From Candidatus Omnitrophota bacterium (GTDB taxonomy: Bacteria; Omnitrophota; Gorgyraeia; Gygaellales; Profunditerraquicolaceae), in contig JADHYK010000003.1 in assembly GCA_016782485.1 (NCBI GenBank), positions 1 through 46,396 of the forward strand: 46,396 nucleotides of DNA, read 5' to 3'. Positions within the stretch are counted from its first letter, which is position 1. Every line of letters starts with the position of its first letter. Below the pieces are notes generated by a model. The model searched no databases, was not told the origin of the DNA, and saw nothing but the letters and a program-made list of their open reading frames with translations. Positions 9,264 through 18,479 of this stretch are shown here, one piece after another. A program made the translations under genes and the position numbers.

Positions 9264-11471
9264 ATGCAGGAAGAGAGCCCTCTGGTTTTGGATATATTAA
9301 AGCAGGACAGTAACCTGAAGATGAGCCTCTTCGAGCAAAAAGAGGTTGCCTCGACGTTAAGGCATTACAACCTCTGCCGGGTCTCGTTTACGGAAATCGA
9401 CAGCTTATGCCAGGAGGCAGTATCTCTTCTGAATAAGGCTAATCAGCGGGGGGCCCTGGAGCTTGAGCTGATTAAGGGCCTGACTAAGACCGGACAGCTA
9501 CTCTGGGACCATTTACTTAGTGCCCCGGTAAAAAACAGGCTCAAAAACACCCGTATCCCGGATTTAATCCTCTCCATAGACGAAGAATTAATCAATATTC
9601 CCTGGGAGCTGCTTTATGACGGAAGTAATTTCCTCTGCCTGAACTTTAATCTGGGCCGGGTGGTTAGGACTAAAGAGGAGCCGGCCGCAGTGCATTACCG
9701 CAGTCAGGCCGCAGTCCCGAATATGCTGATTATGGCTAATCCCACCGACGATTTGCATTCCGCATACCTGGAAGGGCTGAACATAAAAAACCAATTCGAC
9801 CGCAGGAGAAATAAAATCTACATTGATTTTAAGTCTACCCGGATCGATAAGCTGTACGTCAAGAAAAACCTTTGCGATTACGATATCGTGCATTTTGCCG
9901 GCCACTGTGAATACCAGCCCGATAATCCTTCTGAGAGCGGCTGGGTGTTAAGCGACGGCAGGTTCACCGCCGAAGATATAATGGCGATGGGTTCGACATT
10001 CTCTCTGCCGACGCTTATTTTTTCCAATGCCTGCCATTCCGCAGAATCCGCTGCGGGCCTCTTAAGCCAGGATTACCAGAAAGAGAATTACGGCCTTTCC
10101 TCGGCATTTTTATTTTCCGGGGTGCGCCATTATATCGGCTCGGTGCGCAGGATAGAAGATGACTTGAGCCTTTTATTTGCAAAGGAGTTCTATGCCCAGT
10201 TAATCTCCGGCAGGCCCGTAGGGGGCTGTATGCGCATGGCCCGGCTTGCCCTGATCAGGCAATGCGGGATCAACAATATCGCCTGGGCAAGCTACCTTCT
10301 TTACGGAGACCCTAATTTCGCCATTTTTAGAGAAAAGATAAAAGAGGCAAAACCGAAAAAAAGAAAAGGGCTTTTATATTATAAAAAACAGTTAGCCCTG
10401 GTTTCTCTGGCAGCAGCCGCTGTCTCTCTGGGGATATTGCTCTATGCCTGGCTGCCTTCTTTGAATCCCAGTGTTTATTTTCTTTTGTCAAAGTCGCGTA
10501 AATTATATCTTAACGGGAAAAACCAGGAGGTTATTTCCTTATGCGGGCGCATTATCGAAAAGGAACCGGAGTTTCTGGCAGCATACCCTTTGCTTGCCGA
10601 TGCCTACAAAAGGACAGGGGATGAAGAAAACGCCTTAAAACATTATTTTGAATACGCGCGATTCAGCGAACGCCGGGCCGATAAAAAAAACTTAGCCTCG
10701 GCATACCTCTCGATAGGCTGGTTTTATCATCTTGAGGGCGAGCATACCAAGGCCATTGATTTCTATAACAAGGCACTGGCGGTGAGTACGGATAATAAAG
10801 ACAAGTTAAACCAAGCCGATGCCTTAGGAAAAATGGCGGTCTGGTATATGGATAAGGAAGATAACGATAAGGCGCTGGAGCTGTTAACCAGGAGCGCTGA
10901 GATTAACCGCCAGAGAATAAATCATTATAAACACAGGTATAACCTGGCCTGCGATTATTTTAACCTCGGCCTGTTATTCACCAATAAAGATGACCTGGCG
11001 ACGGCAAAGGAGTTTTACCAGAAAAGCTACTTGCTCTTTGAAAAACTGAAACTCAAACACGAGCTGAGCGATTATTATTTCAATATCGGCGAAATCCACC
11101 TTTTTGAAAAGGAGTACCAGAAGGCGCTGGATTCTTATATGAAGGGCCTGGAGATTGACCTGGCACAGGGGAACAGGCAAAGCATCGCCAGCGATTACAG
11201 TATGATCGCAGAGCTGTATATGGCAATGGATGATTTAGGGGAGGCAGAGGAGTATTTTCGCAGTTCCATCGCCCTGGCCAAAGAGATAAATGCCCGCCCG
11301 GAGCTGGCAGAGGCTTATTACCGGCTGGGGGTGCTTTATAAGAAGAAGCCGGGTAAAAGACACCGGGCCAGGGAGTGCCTGCGCCAGGCGCAGGAGATTT
11401 ACCGTTCAATCAACGCAGAAGCGGGGTTCCAGGAGGCTAGAAATGAACTTTTGACCCTGACCAGCAGGTAA
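9264..11471 (+). CDS. CHAT (caspase-like) protease - TM helix - TPR array protein
   Basis: IPWELL, IVHFAGH (His214), IFSNAC (Cys257) and WASYLLYGDP; basic KPKKRK patch, then a TM segment (~aa 377-398), then multiple TPRs. Confidence 0.9.
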   Translation: MQEESPLVLDILKQDSNLKMSLFEQKEVASTLRHYNLCRVSFTEIDSLCQEAVSLLNKANQRGALELELIKGLTKTGQLLWDHLLSAPVKNRLKNTRIPDLILSIDEELINIPWELLYDGSNFLCLNFNLGRVVRTKEEPAAVHYRSQAAVPNMLIMANPTDDLHSAYLEGLNIKNQFDRRRNKIYIDFKSTRIDKLYVKKNLCDYDIVHFAGHCEYQPDNPSESGWVLSDGRFTAEDIMAMGSTFSLPTLIFSNACHSAESAAGLLSQDYQKENYGLSSAFLFSGVRHYIGSVRRIEDDLSLLFAKEFYAQLISGRPVGGCMRMARLALIRQCGINNIAWASYLLYGDPNFAIFREKIKEAKPKKRKGLLYYKKQLALVSLAAAAVSLGILLYAWLPSLNPSVYFLLSKSRKLYLNGKNQEVISLCGRIIEKEPEFLAAYPLLADAYKRTGDEENALKHYFEYARFSERRADKKNLASAYLSIGWFYHLEGEHTKAIDFYNKALAVSTDNKDKLNQADALGKMAVWYMDKEDNDKALELLTRSAEINRQRINHYKHRYNLACDYFNLGLLFTNKDDLATAKEFYQKSYLLFEKLKLKHELSDYYFNIGEIHLFEKEYQKALDSYMKGLEIDLAQGNRQSIASDYSMIAELYMAMDDLGEAEEYFRSSIALAKEINARPELAEAYYRLGVLYKKKPGKRHRARECLRQAQEIYRSINAEAGFQEARNELLTLTSR

Positions 11472-11476
11472 TATGG

Positions 11477-11598
11477 AGATCCTTCGCCCTTCACTTCGTC
11501 CTTCGCCATGCTCAGGACTCGATGGACGATTCTGAACAAAGTGAAGAATCTCGCACATTGACTTACGCTCCTTTGTAGTCGCATAAGTCAACCGCTCA
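11477..11598 (+). repeat. Composite palindromic element (family copy 1)
   Basis: AGATCCTTCG; GTCCTTCG-ccatg-CTCAGGAC; GATTCTGAACAAAGTGAAGAATC; TCGCACA-TTGACTTA...TAAGTCAA-CCGCTCA. Confidence 0.8.
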
Positions 11599-11608
11599 TA
11601 AAATTTAT

Positions 11609-11636
11609 TTGACTTAATAAAAAAATATGGTATACT
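11609..11636 (+). promoter_or_regulatory. rplM-rpsI promoter
   Basis: TTGACT-16-TATACT with an extended TG; the ATG follows 9 nt later with no SD. Confidence 0.65.
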
Positions 11637-11645
11637 TTTAACTCT

Positions 11646-12077
11646 ATGAATAAGACCTTCGAACCTAAAAAAACAGACGTAAAGCTGCAGTGGTATCTGG
11701 TAGATGCCAGGGATAAGATATTGGGCAGGCTTGCTGCCCGGGTGGCTACGATATTAAGGGGCAAACACAAGGCTATTTTTAGCCCGCACCTGGATACCGG
11801 TGATGGCGTGATTGTGATAAACGCATCAAGAATTAAGGTTACCGGAAGAAAACTTAAAAATAAGGTATACCGGCGTTATTCCGGTTACCCCGGAGGCCTG
11901 CGAGAAGTAACCCTGGAAAACATGCTTAAAAATAAACCCGCTACGGTTATCCAGTTAGCTGTGGAGCGCATGTTGCCCAAAGGGCATTTAAGCAGAAAGA
12001 TGCTTAAGAAATTAAAGGTTTACGTTGACGAAAAGCATCCCCATCAAGATCAAAAACCGGTTATTCTGGAGGTATAG
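11646..12077 (+). CDS. rplM: 50S ribosomal protein L13
   Basis: WYLVDARDKILGRLA, LRGKHK, PHLDTGD and SGYPGGL motifs. Confidence 0.98.
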   Translation: MNKTFEPKKTDVKLQWYLVDARDKILGRLAARVATILRGKHKAIFSPHLDTGDGVIVINASRIKVTGRKLKNKVYRRYSGYPGGLREVTLENMLKNKPATVIQLAVERMLPKGHLSRKMLKKLKVYVDEKHPHQDQKPVILEV

Positions 12078-12089
12078 TGAATTTAAGCT

Positions 12090-12182
12090 AGATCCTTCGT
12101 CCGCCATAAATCTTGGCGGACTCAGGATTAATTCGCGCATTAACTTACTCGCACTATCGTGTTCGTAAGTTAAGCGCTCATT
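12090..12182 (+). repeat. Composite palindromic element (copy 2) between rplM and rpsI
   Basis: Module A: AGATCCTTCG-TCCGCCA taaatct TGGCGGA-CTCAGGAT. Module B: TTCGCGCA-TTAACTTAC...GTAAGTTAA-GCGCTCA. Confidence 0.85.
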
Positions 12183-12187
12183 AAGTT

Positions 12188-12583
12188 ATGGACGAAACGA
12201 AAAAATATACGGCAGTGGGAAGGCGTAAGGAATCGGTGGCCAGTGTGCGGCTTTTCCCCGGTAAAGGCGATATTACGGTAAACCGGAGGCCTTATGAAAA
12301 GTATTTTCTGCGCGAGACCGACAGGATTATCATCAAGCAGCCTTTGGTTATAACCAATAATACGGATAAATTCGATATTATTGCCAATATTAAAGGCGGG
12401 GGGCTTACCGGACAGGCGGGCGCTTTGAGGCTGGGTATTGCCCGTATCCTGATGTCAATAGAGCCGCAGCTGAAGGATGTTTTGCGTAAACAGGGGTTCT
12501 TAACGCGCGACCCGCGCATGAAGGAGCGCAAGAAATACGGCTTAAAGGGCGCGCGCAGGCGCTTCCAGTGGACTAAGAGATAG
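12188..12583 (+). CDS. rpsI: 30S ribosomal protein S9
   Basis: GRRKESVA, GGGLTGQAGA and LTRDPRMKERKKYGLKGARRRFQWTKR. Confidence 0.98.
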   Translation: MDETKKYTAVGRRKESVASVRLFPGKGDITVNRRPYEKYFLRETDRIIIKQPLVITNNTDKFDIIANIKGGGLTGQAGALRLGIARILMSIEPQLKDVLRKQGFLTRDPRMKERKKYGLKGARRRFQWTKR

Positions 12584-12622
12584 GAGGACGTTGAGAGGAA
12601 ATTAAAAATCCGATTTTTCTTT

Positions 12623-12650
12623 AAATCCCGCTGGAAGAGCGGGATTTTTT
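12623..12650 (+). terminator. Intrinsic terminator after rpsI
   Basis: AAATCCCGCT-ggaag-AGCGGGATTT followed by a T run. Confidence 0.8.
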
Positions 12651-12755
12651 ATTTGCCCTGTTCCGGGGTATTACTCGCGGAATGGGAACTACCCCTGTCA
12701 CTCTTCTCGTCCTGATATCTCCTGCTGCGGCTTTGTTCACGCGCTAAAATTTTCG

Positions 12756-12922
12756 CAAAGGGAACTGCCCCCTGTTACTCTTCTCGCTCAAGTCGCTTTT
12801 GCCTTTCGTTTTGCTCAAGGCCGGCAAAGGTCTCTCGTCCGCCACAGTACTTTGGCGGACTCAAGCATGCTTTGCCTAAAAGCTCCATTCGCTGCGAAGA
12901 GTGCCAGGTGCATTTCCCTTTG
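12756..12922. repeat. Large branched palindromic element
   Basis: CAAAGGGAActgccccctgttACTCTTC pairs with GAAGAGTgccaggtgcatTTCCCTTTG; contains TCGTCCGCCA...TGGCGGACTCA (12835-63), as in copy 2. Confidence 0.75.
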
Positions 12923-12929
12923 TTGACGA

Positions 12930-13104
12930 AACCTCAAGCCCCGGCTCTGAACGAACATAAGGCGCGCAGGAGCATGTATATGAGGCGAGACTTTTTAGGG
13001 CTTCTCTTCTATGAAACCCCCTGTGGGGGATGGGGGGACCCACCCAAAAAGTCGAGACGAATGCGACGAGCACCGCAGTGAGAGAAGAGCCGGGGGTTGA
13101 GGTT
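12930..13104. repeat. Second large branched palindromic element
   Basis: AACCTCAAGCCCCGGCTCT / AGAGCCGGGGGTTGAGGTT terminal inverted repeat (18/19); inner GACTTTTT/AAAAAGTC stem. Confidence 0.75.
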
Positions 13105-13179
13105 GAGATAGTGGAAGAGTAATTATTGTTTAACCTTAACGAGATGTTGCAATTATCAATGTATCGACGAGAAAAATAC

Positions 13180-13208
13180 TTGACGTCGACGGTTTTTTGG
13201 CTTAATAT
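13180..13208 (+). promoter_or_regulatory. Promoter of the arg/lys cluster
   Basis: TTGACG-17-TAATAT, then an AAAGGAG RBS before the ATG at 13234. Confidence 0.55.
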
Positions 13209-13233
13209 GAACCTGATATCTAAAGGAGTGGAA

Positions 13234-14256
13234 ATGATTAACGTAGCTATAATGGGCGCAACCGGTTACGCAGGAGAGGAATTAATCGGCATTCTTCTTA
13301 GGCATCCCGGGGTGCGCATTAAAAATATTTCGGCAAAAATTGAGGCACCCGCCAGAATATCCCGGATTTACCCGAAGTTTCAAAATAGAATAGACCTGGT
13401 CTGTGCCGAACCGGACCTCAAAGAAATTATTGCCTCTTGCGACTTAGTCTTTCTGGCTCTGCCGCATACGGTCTCAATGGAGTTCGTCCCCAAATTAATC
13501 AAAGCGGGTAAAAGGGTTATTGACCTGAGCGCCGACTACAGGTTTAAAGATGCGGCAGTTTACGAAAAACACTATAACCACAGGCATAAAGATAAAACAC
13601 TATTGCCGGCTGCCGTTTTTGGCCTGCCGGAAATTTACCGGGCCAGGATTAAAACAGCTAGACTTATCGCTAACCCCGGCTGTTACCCGACGGCAAGCAT
13701 ATTGGGGCTGGGGCCGCTGGCGGCTTTTGGTTTAGTTGAGCCGGGCTCCATAATCATTGACGCAAAATCAGGGGTAACCGGCGCAGGAAGAAAAATGAGC
13801 GAGAGTTTTCTTTTCCCGCAGATTAATGAGGATTTTAAGGCCTACAAAGTGGATGTTCATCAGCATGCCCCGGAGATTGACCAGGAGTTGTCGAAATTAG
13901 CCGGTAAAAAATTGAAAGTGACCTTTGTGCCGCATTTATTGCCGTTAAACAGAGGAATTTTAGCAACCATCTATGCCAGGAAAACGCCGGCTAAACAGCG
14001 GGCGAAAGAGAAATTGGCCAGCCTGTACAGGAAATTTTATAAAAAAGAACCCTTTGTAAGAATAAGAGATGAAGGGGAATTCCCCGCGTTAAAGGATGTT
14101 GCCGGGACCAATTTCTGCGATATCGGGATTAAGGAAAGCGCTGAATGCATAATCGTCATCGCTGCCATCGATAATTTATTGAAAGGCGCATCCGGCCAGG
14201 CAGTGCAGAACATGAATATCATGTATGGCTTTGCGGAGGATACGGCCCTGTTATGA
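13234..14256 (+). CDS. argC: N-acetyl-gamma-glutamyl-phosphate reductase
   Basis: GATGYAG, ALPH, IANPGCYPT and DNLLKGASGQAVQNMN; start moved to ATG 13234 (RBS) rather than the ORF-track 13126. Confidence 0.96.
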   Translation: MINVAIMGATGYAGEELIGILLRHPGVRIKNISAKIEAPARISRIYPKFQNRIDLVCAEPDLKEIIASCDLVFLALPHTVSMEFVPKLIKAGKRVIDLSADYRFKDAAVYEKHYNHRHKDKTLLPAAVFGLPEIYRARIKTARLIANPGCYPTASILGLGPLAAFGLVEPGSIIIDAKSGVTGAGRKMSESFLFPQINEDFKAYKVDVHQHAPEIDQELSKLAGKKLKVTFVPHLLPLNRGILATIYARKTPAKQRAKEKLASLYRKFYKKEPFVRIRDEGEFPALKDVAGTNFCDIGIKESAECIIVIAAIDNLLKGASGQAVQNMNIMYGFAEDTALL

Positions 14257-15389
14257 TCATCTCTAAAAAGGCGATTCTGCCTTTAGGTTTTAAGGCCGGT
14301 GCTGTCTCCTGCGGTTTAAAGAAGTCGGGTAAACCGGATTTAGCGCTTTTTTATTCGCAAGTCCCCGCAAAGGCCGCCTGTTTATTTACCGCCAATAAAA
14401 TTCAGGCTGCTCCTATTAAGGTAAGCAAGAGGCACCTTGCGGCCCATAAGGAATTCCGGGCGATTATAGTCAATAGCGGCAATGCCAATGCCTTCACGGG
14501 AAACAAAGGGATTATTGACGCTAATACCACAGCCGAAAGTTTAGCCGCAGTCCTGGGAATAGAGAAGAAAAGTATCCTTGTAGGCTCGACGGGCATTATC
14601 GGCAGGAGGCTGGAGGTTTCCAAGATAAAAAGCCGCCTGCCGGAGCTGGTCAGCGGCTTGTCAGAACAGGGCATAAATAATGCCAAAAGGGCGATAATGA
14701 CAACCGATACTTTTACGAAAGAGATTACCGTCCGCTTCGCTATCGGAAAGCAGAAAGTTACCCTCTGCGGTATTGCCAAGGGTGCAGGTATGATCGCTCC
14801 TGAGCTGGCGACGATGCTGGTATTTATTTTTAGTGACGCCAATATCAGCGCCGGGGCGTTAGAGAGGGCATTGCAGGAAGCGGCAGAGAGTTCTTTCAAC
14901 TGTATCAGCGTAGACGGATGCATGAGCACCAACGACAGCGTGTTCTTGCTGGCAAACGGCGCTTCAGGGTGCGCCTTAATAGATAATCAGAAGAATTTTA
15001 ATCTTTTTTCCAATGCCCTGAATAAGGTTTGCCTGGAGCTGGCAAAATTGATTATCCGGGATGCCGAGGGGGCAACTAAATTTATTAAGATCCAAGTCGG
15101 CAGGGCAAAGAATTATGCCCAGGCAAAAAAAGCGGCGTTAGCCATCGCCAACTCCGTGCTATTTAAGACCGCTATCTACGGGGAAAATCCCAATTTCGGC
15201 AGGATTGTCGCCGCAATCGGCTCAAGCGGGATAGAGGTAAGAGAAAAAGACTTAAATATTAGATTAAGCTCTTTAAATAAAAGAGAAATAAATGTATATG
15301 TGTCTCTTCAGAGAGGAAAAGCAAGCGCGACGGTTTATACATCGGATTTGACACCGGAGTATGTGAAGATAAACGCGGAATATAACTAA
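14253..15389 (+). CDS. argJ: Glutamate N-acetyltransferase / ornithine acetyltransferase
   Basis: NSGNANAFTG, STGIIG, KGAGMIAPELATML (autocleavage Thr) and DLTPEYVKINAEY. Confidence 0.95.
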   Translation: MIISKKAILPLGFKAGAVSCGLKKSGKPDLALFYSQVPAKAACLFTANKIQAAPIKVSKRHLAAHKEFRAIIVNSGNANAFTGNKGIIDANTTAESLAAVLGIEKKSILVGSTGIIGRRLEVSKIKSRLPELVSGLSEQGINNAKRAIMTTDTFTKEITVRFAIGKQKVTLCGIAKGAGMIAPELATMLVFIFSDANISAGALERALQEAAESSFNCISVDGCMSTNDSVFLLANGASGCALIDNQKNFNLFSNALNKVCLELAKLIIRDAEGATKFIKIQVGRAKNYAQAKKAALAIANSVLFKTAIYGENPNFGRIVAAIGSSGIEVREKDLNIRLSSLNKREINVYVSLQRGKASATVYTSDLTPEYVKINAEYN

Positions 15390-15480
15390 GTGAGGGCACA
15401 ACTTATGGAACGACAGTGAACATAAGTTGTCTAGCCGAACTTATCCTGAGTCCTTAAGCGAAGCCAAGGACGAAGGATCT
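15390..15480 (-). repeat. Composite palindromic element (copy 3, inverted)
   Basis: GTGAGGGC-ACAACTTATG...CATAAGTTGT-..GCCGAAC followed by ATCCTGAG-TCCTT aaGCGAAGCc AAGGA-CGAAGGATCT. Confidence 0.85.
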
Positions 15481-15493
15481 TAAGTGAGGACTG

Positions 15494-16348
15494 ATGGAAG
15501 AGGCGATTAAAAAGGCGGAGGTCCTGATCGAGGCGCTGCCTTATATCAAGAAGTTCCATAAGAAGGTAATCGTAGTCAAATACGGCGGCAGCATCCTGGG
15601 CGATACAAAAATCCGCAAAGGCGTATTAGAGGATATAGTTTTTTTGAGTTTCGTCGGATTAAGGGTGGTCCTGGTGCACGGCGGGGGCCCGAATATCAGC
15701 GACCGCATGCGCGCAACCAAGAAAAAGACGGATTTTGTGGACGGGATGCGGGTTACCGACGAGGAGACCCTGAAAGTCGTAGAGGAGGAACTGGAGCATT
15801 TAAACAGCACCATCGTTAAGGAGATATCAAAGCTGGGCGCAAAGGCCCGCGGCCTAAACGGCAAAGACAACAATATAATTCAGGTGGAGAAGAAAAAGGC
15901 AAATATAGATCTGGGGCTGGTAGGGCACATTGTCTCGGTAGATAAAGGGCCGATATTGGAAGAGTTGTACCAGCACGGAATAGTAGTTATTCTCCCCATG
16001 GGGATCGGTAAGGACAAGAGGGTTTATAACGTCAATGCCGATGAGGCGGCAGCGGCTGTCGCAGCTTTTTGCGAGGCGGAGAAATTAGTCCTGCTGACCA
16101 ATGTCAAGGGGATTATGCGTAACCCCGATGATGCGCATTCTTTTATGTCTACCCTTACCGCCAAAGAGGCAAAAGAGCTGGTTAAAAACAAGATCATCCA
16201 GCAGGGGATGATCCCCAAGGTCGATGCCTGTATCGAGGCTCTGGCTAAAGGGGTGAGCAAGACCCATATCATTGATGCGCGTATTCCTCACGGACTGCTT
16301 TTGGAGATATTTACCGACCAGGGCATAGGGACGGAGATCGTAAAATAA
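15494..16348 (+). CDS. argB: Acetylglutamate kinase
   Basis: EALPYI, VVKYGGS, VHGGGP, NVNAD and GMIPKV. Confidence 0.97.
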   Translation: MEEAIKKAEVLIEALPYIKKFHKKVIVVKYGGSILGDTKIRKGVLEDIVFLSFVGLRVVLVHGGGPNISDRMRATKKKTDFVDGMRVTDEETLKVVEEELEHLNSTIVKEISKLGAKARGLNGKDNNIIQVEKKKANIDLGLVGHIVSVDKGPILEELYQHGIVVILPMGIGKDKRVYNVNADEAAAAVAAFCEAEKLVLLTNVKGIMRNPDDAHSFMSTLTAKEAKELVKNKIIQQGMIPKVDACIEALAKGVSKTHIIDARIPHGLLLEIFTDQGIGTEIVK

Positions 16349-17526
16349 TGAAACTTGAAGAAGTATTTTCCAGTTATAAAGATTACATCATGCCTACTTA
16401 CACAAAGACGCCGGTTGTCTTTGTGAAGGGCAAGGGGAGCAGGCTCTGGGATATCCATAACAGGGCATATCTGGATTTCTTCCCGGGTTGGGGCGTAGGC
16501 AACCTCGGGCATTGCCATCCTAAAGTCATGCAGGCGGTGCGGGACCAGGTTTCAAAGTTAATATTTATCCCGAATAATTATTACCACCTGCCACAGGCCA
16601 AGCTTGCCAGGGAGATAGTGTACAGGGCGTTCCCTGCGAAAGTCTTCTTTTGCAATTCCGGGGCCGAGGCAAACGAGGCGGCGATAAAATTCAGCCGCAA
16701 GTTCGGAAAAGGGGCAAGGCATGAAATAATCAGCTTTGAAAATTCTTTTCACGGCAGGACCCTGGCGGCACTGGCGGCAACCGGCCAGAAGAAATACCAG
16801 GAGGGATTCCAGCCTTTGCCCGAGGGGTTCAAGACGGTTAAATTTAACGATATCGAGGCGGTAAAGAAGGCATTAACCGATAAAAGCATAGCTATTATGC
16901 TGGAATTAATTCAGGGCGAAGGCGGGATTAACGTAGCGGACAAAGAGTTCGTTACTGCTTTAAGAAGGCTTTGCGATGAAAAAGGGTTGCTTCTTATCGT
17001 CGATGAAGTGCAGACCGGAGTAGCCAGGACCGGAAAATATTTCGCTTACCAGCACTACGGGATAACCCCGGATATAATCACTCTGGCTAAGGCAATAGGA
17101 GGGGGACTGCCTATCGGCGTAATGGTGGCGAGAAAGGAGATCGCCGATACTTTAGGGCCGGGGATGCATGCCTCTACCTTTGGCGGCGGACCGGTTATCT
17201 GCAGGGCAGCGCTGGCAGTGCTCAAAGCGATACAGAAGGAGAAAATTCCTGCCAACGTCGAAAAGATGAGCGGTTATATTTTCTTAAAATTGAATGCACT
17301 GAAAAATAAATTACCGGTTATAAAAGAGGTAAGGGGCTTAGGCCTGATGATCGGCGTGGAATTAAGCATTGCCGGCAGCCCGATTGTAGAGAAATGCCTC
17401 CAGAGGGGCCTCTTGATTAATTGTACCCATGATAATGTCCTGCGGCTTATGCCGGCATTGAATATAACCAAGAAAGAAATAGATAAGGCAGTAGATATAC
17501 TAGCAGATGTATTAGAGAGTAGTTAG
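16348..17526 (+). CDS. argD: Acetylornithine aminotransferase (class III PLP)
   Basis: NSGAEANEAA, SFHGRT, DEVQTG and LAKAIGGG; operon context. Confidence 0.93.
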   Translation: MKLEEVFSSYKDYIMPTYTKTPVVFVKGKGSRLWDIHNRAYLDFFPGWGVGNLGHCHPKVMQAVRDQVSKLIFIPNNYYHLPQAKLAREIVYRAFPAKVFFCNSGAEANEAAIKFSRKFGKGARHEIISFENSFHGRTLAALAATGQKKYQEGFQPLPEGFKTVKFNDIEAVKKALTDKSIAIMLELIQGEGGINVADKEFVTALRRLCDEKGLLLIVDEVQTGVARTGKYFAYQHYGITPDIITLAKAIGGGLPIGVMVARKEIADTLGPGMHASTFGGGPVICRAALAVLKAIQKEKIPANVEKMSGYIFLKLNALKNKLPVIKEVRGLGLMIGVELSIAGSPIVEKCLQRGLLINCTHDNVLRLMPALNITKKEIDKAVDILADVLESS

Positions 17527-17547
17527 TAGATAGTAGTTAGTAGTTAG
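17520..17547 (+). repeat. TAG(T/A)TAG heptamer x4
   Basis: tagttag tagatag tagttag tagttag, containing the argD stop and followed by the argF RBS. Confidence 0.85.
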
Positions 17548-17555
17548 GGAGAGAG

Positions 17556-18479
17556 ATGAAAAAAGATTTAATTTCAATAAAGGACTTAACTCCGAAAGAA
17601 ATAGAGGAGTTATTTAACCTGACCGACAGGCTAAAAGAAGATAAAAATAAATTCAGCAGGGTTCTGGCCGGCAAAACCCTGGCGCTTATTTTTCAGAAGC
17701 CCTCTAACAGGACCAGGGTTTCCTTTGAGGTGGGGATGTATCAGCTGGGGGGCAATTCGATATACTTAAGTCCGGCGGAGATAAATTTAGGGGTGAGAGA
17801 GTCTGTCCGGGATGTGGCCAAGACTCTTTCCAGGTACGTCGATGCGATAGTGATCAGGACTTTCGAGCATAAAAATGTCCTGCAGCTGGCCGAACATTCC
17901 GATAAACCGGTGATTAACGGCCTGTCGGATTTTTCGCATCCCTGCCAGGGGCTGGCCGATGTTTATACCGTCAGGGGAAAGTTAAGGAATATCAAGAGCA
18001 AGACACTGGCCTTTATCGGAGACGGAAATAACGTCTGCAATTCCCTGATTTTTGCCTGCGCCAAGACCGGCCTGAATATGAATATTGCAGCGCCCACAGG
18101 ATACGAGCCGGATAAGGCGGTCCTGGAAGAGGCCAGGGTAATTGCCCAAGAGCAAAACAGCTCTATCAAATTTTTCCATAATCCTGCCGAGGCGGTTAAG
18201 GGCGTTGACGTAGTTTATACCGATGTCTGGGCCAGTATGGGGCAGGAGGAAGAGGCGCAGCAGAGAAAGAAGATATTCAGGGAGTTCCAGGTGAACAGTG
18301 CTCTGATGAGCGGGGCAAAGAGGGGCGCACTTATTATGCATTGTCTGCCTGCACACAGAGGGGATGAAATAACCGACGAGGTCATCGATAGCCCGCATTC
18401 GGTTGTTTTTGACCAGGCGGAGAACAGGATGCACGTGCAGAAGGCAATTTTGATAACGTTACTCGGGAGACACAAATGA
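17556..18479 (+). CDS. argF: Ornithine carbamoyltransferase
   Basis: FQKPSNRTRVSFE, HPCQ and HCLPAHRG. Confidence 0.96.
   Translation: MKKDLISIKDLTPKEIEELFNLTDRLKEDKNKFSRVLAGKTLALIFQKPSNRTRVSFEVGMYQLGGNSIYLSPAEINLGVRESVRDVAKTLSRYVDAIVIRTFEHKNVLQLAEHSDKPVINGLSDFSHPCQGLADVYTVRGKLRNIKSKTLAFIGDGNNVCNSLIFACAKTGLNMNIAAPTGYEPDKAVLEEARVIAQEQNSSIKFFHNPAEAVKGVDVVYTDVWASMGQEEEAQQRKKIFREFQVNSALMSGAKRGALIMHCLPAHRGDEITDEVIDSPHSVVFDQAENRMHVQKAILITLLGRHK

Noticed and set aside
12872-13081. ORFs 12872..13081 (+) and 12876..13073 (-)
   Set aside because: Both lie wholly within palindromic DNA, with no RBS and no recognisable domain.
12660-13233. T-box or amino-acid riboswitch for the arg operon
   Set aside because: No T-box consensus (GGTGGNACCGCG) is visible, and the predicted promoter lies downstream of the structured block.
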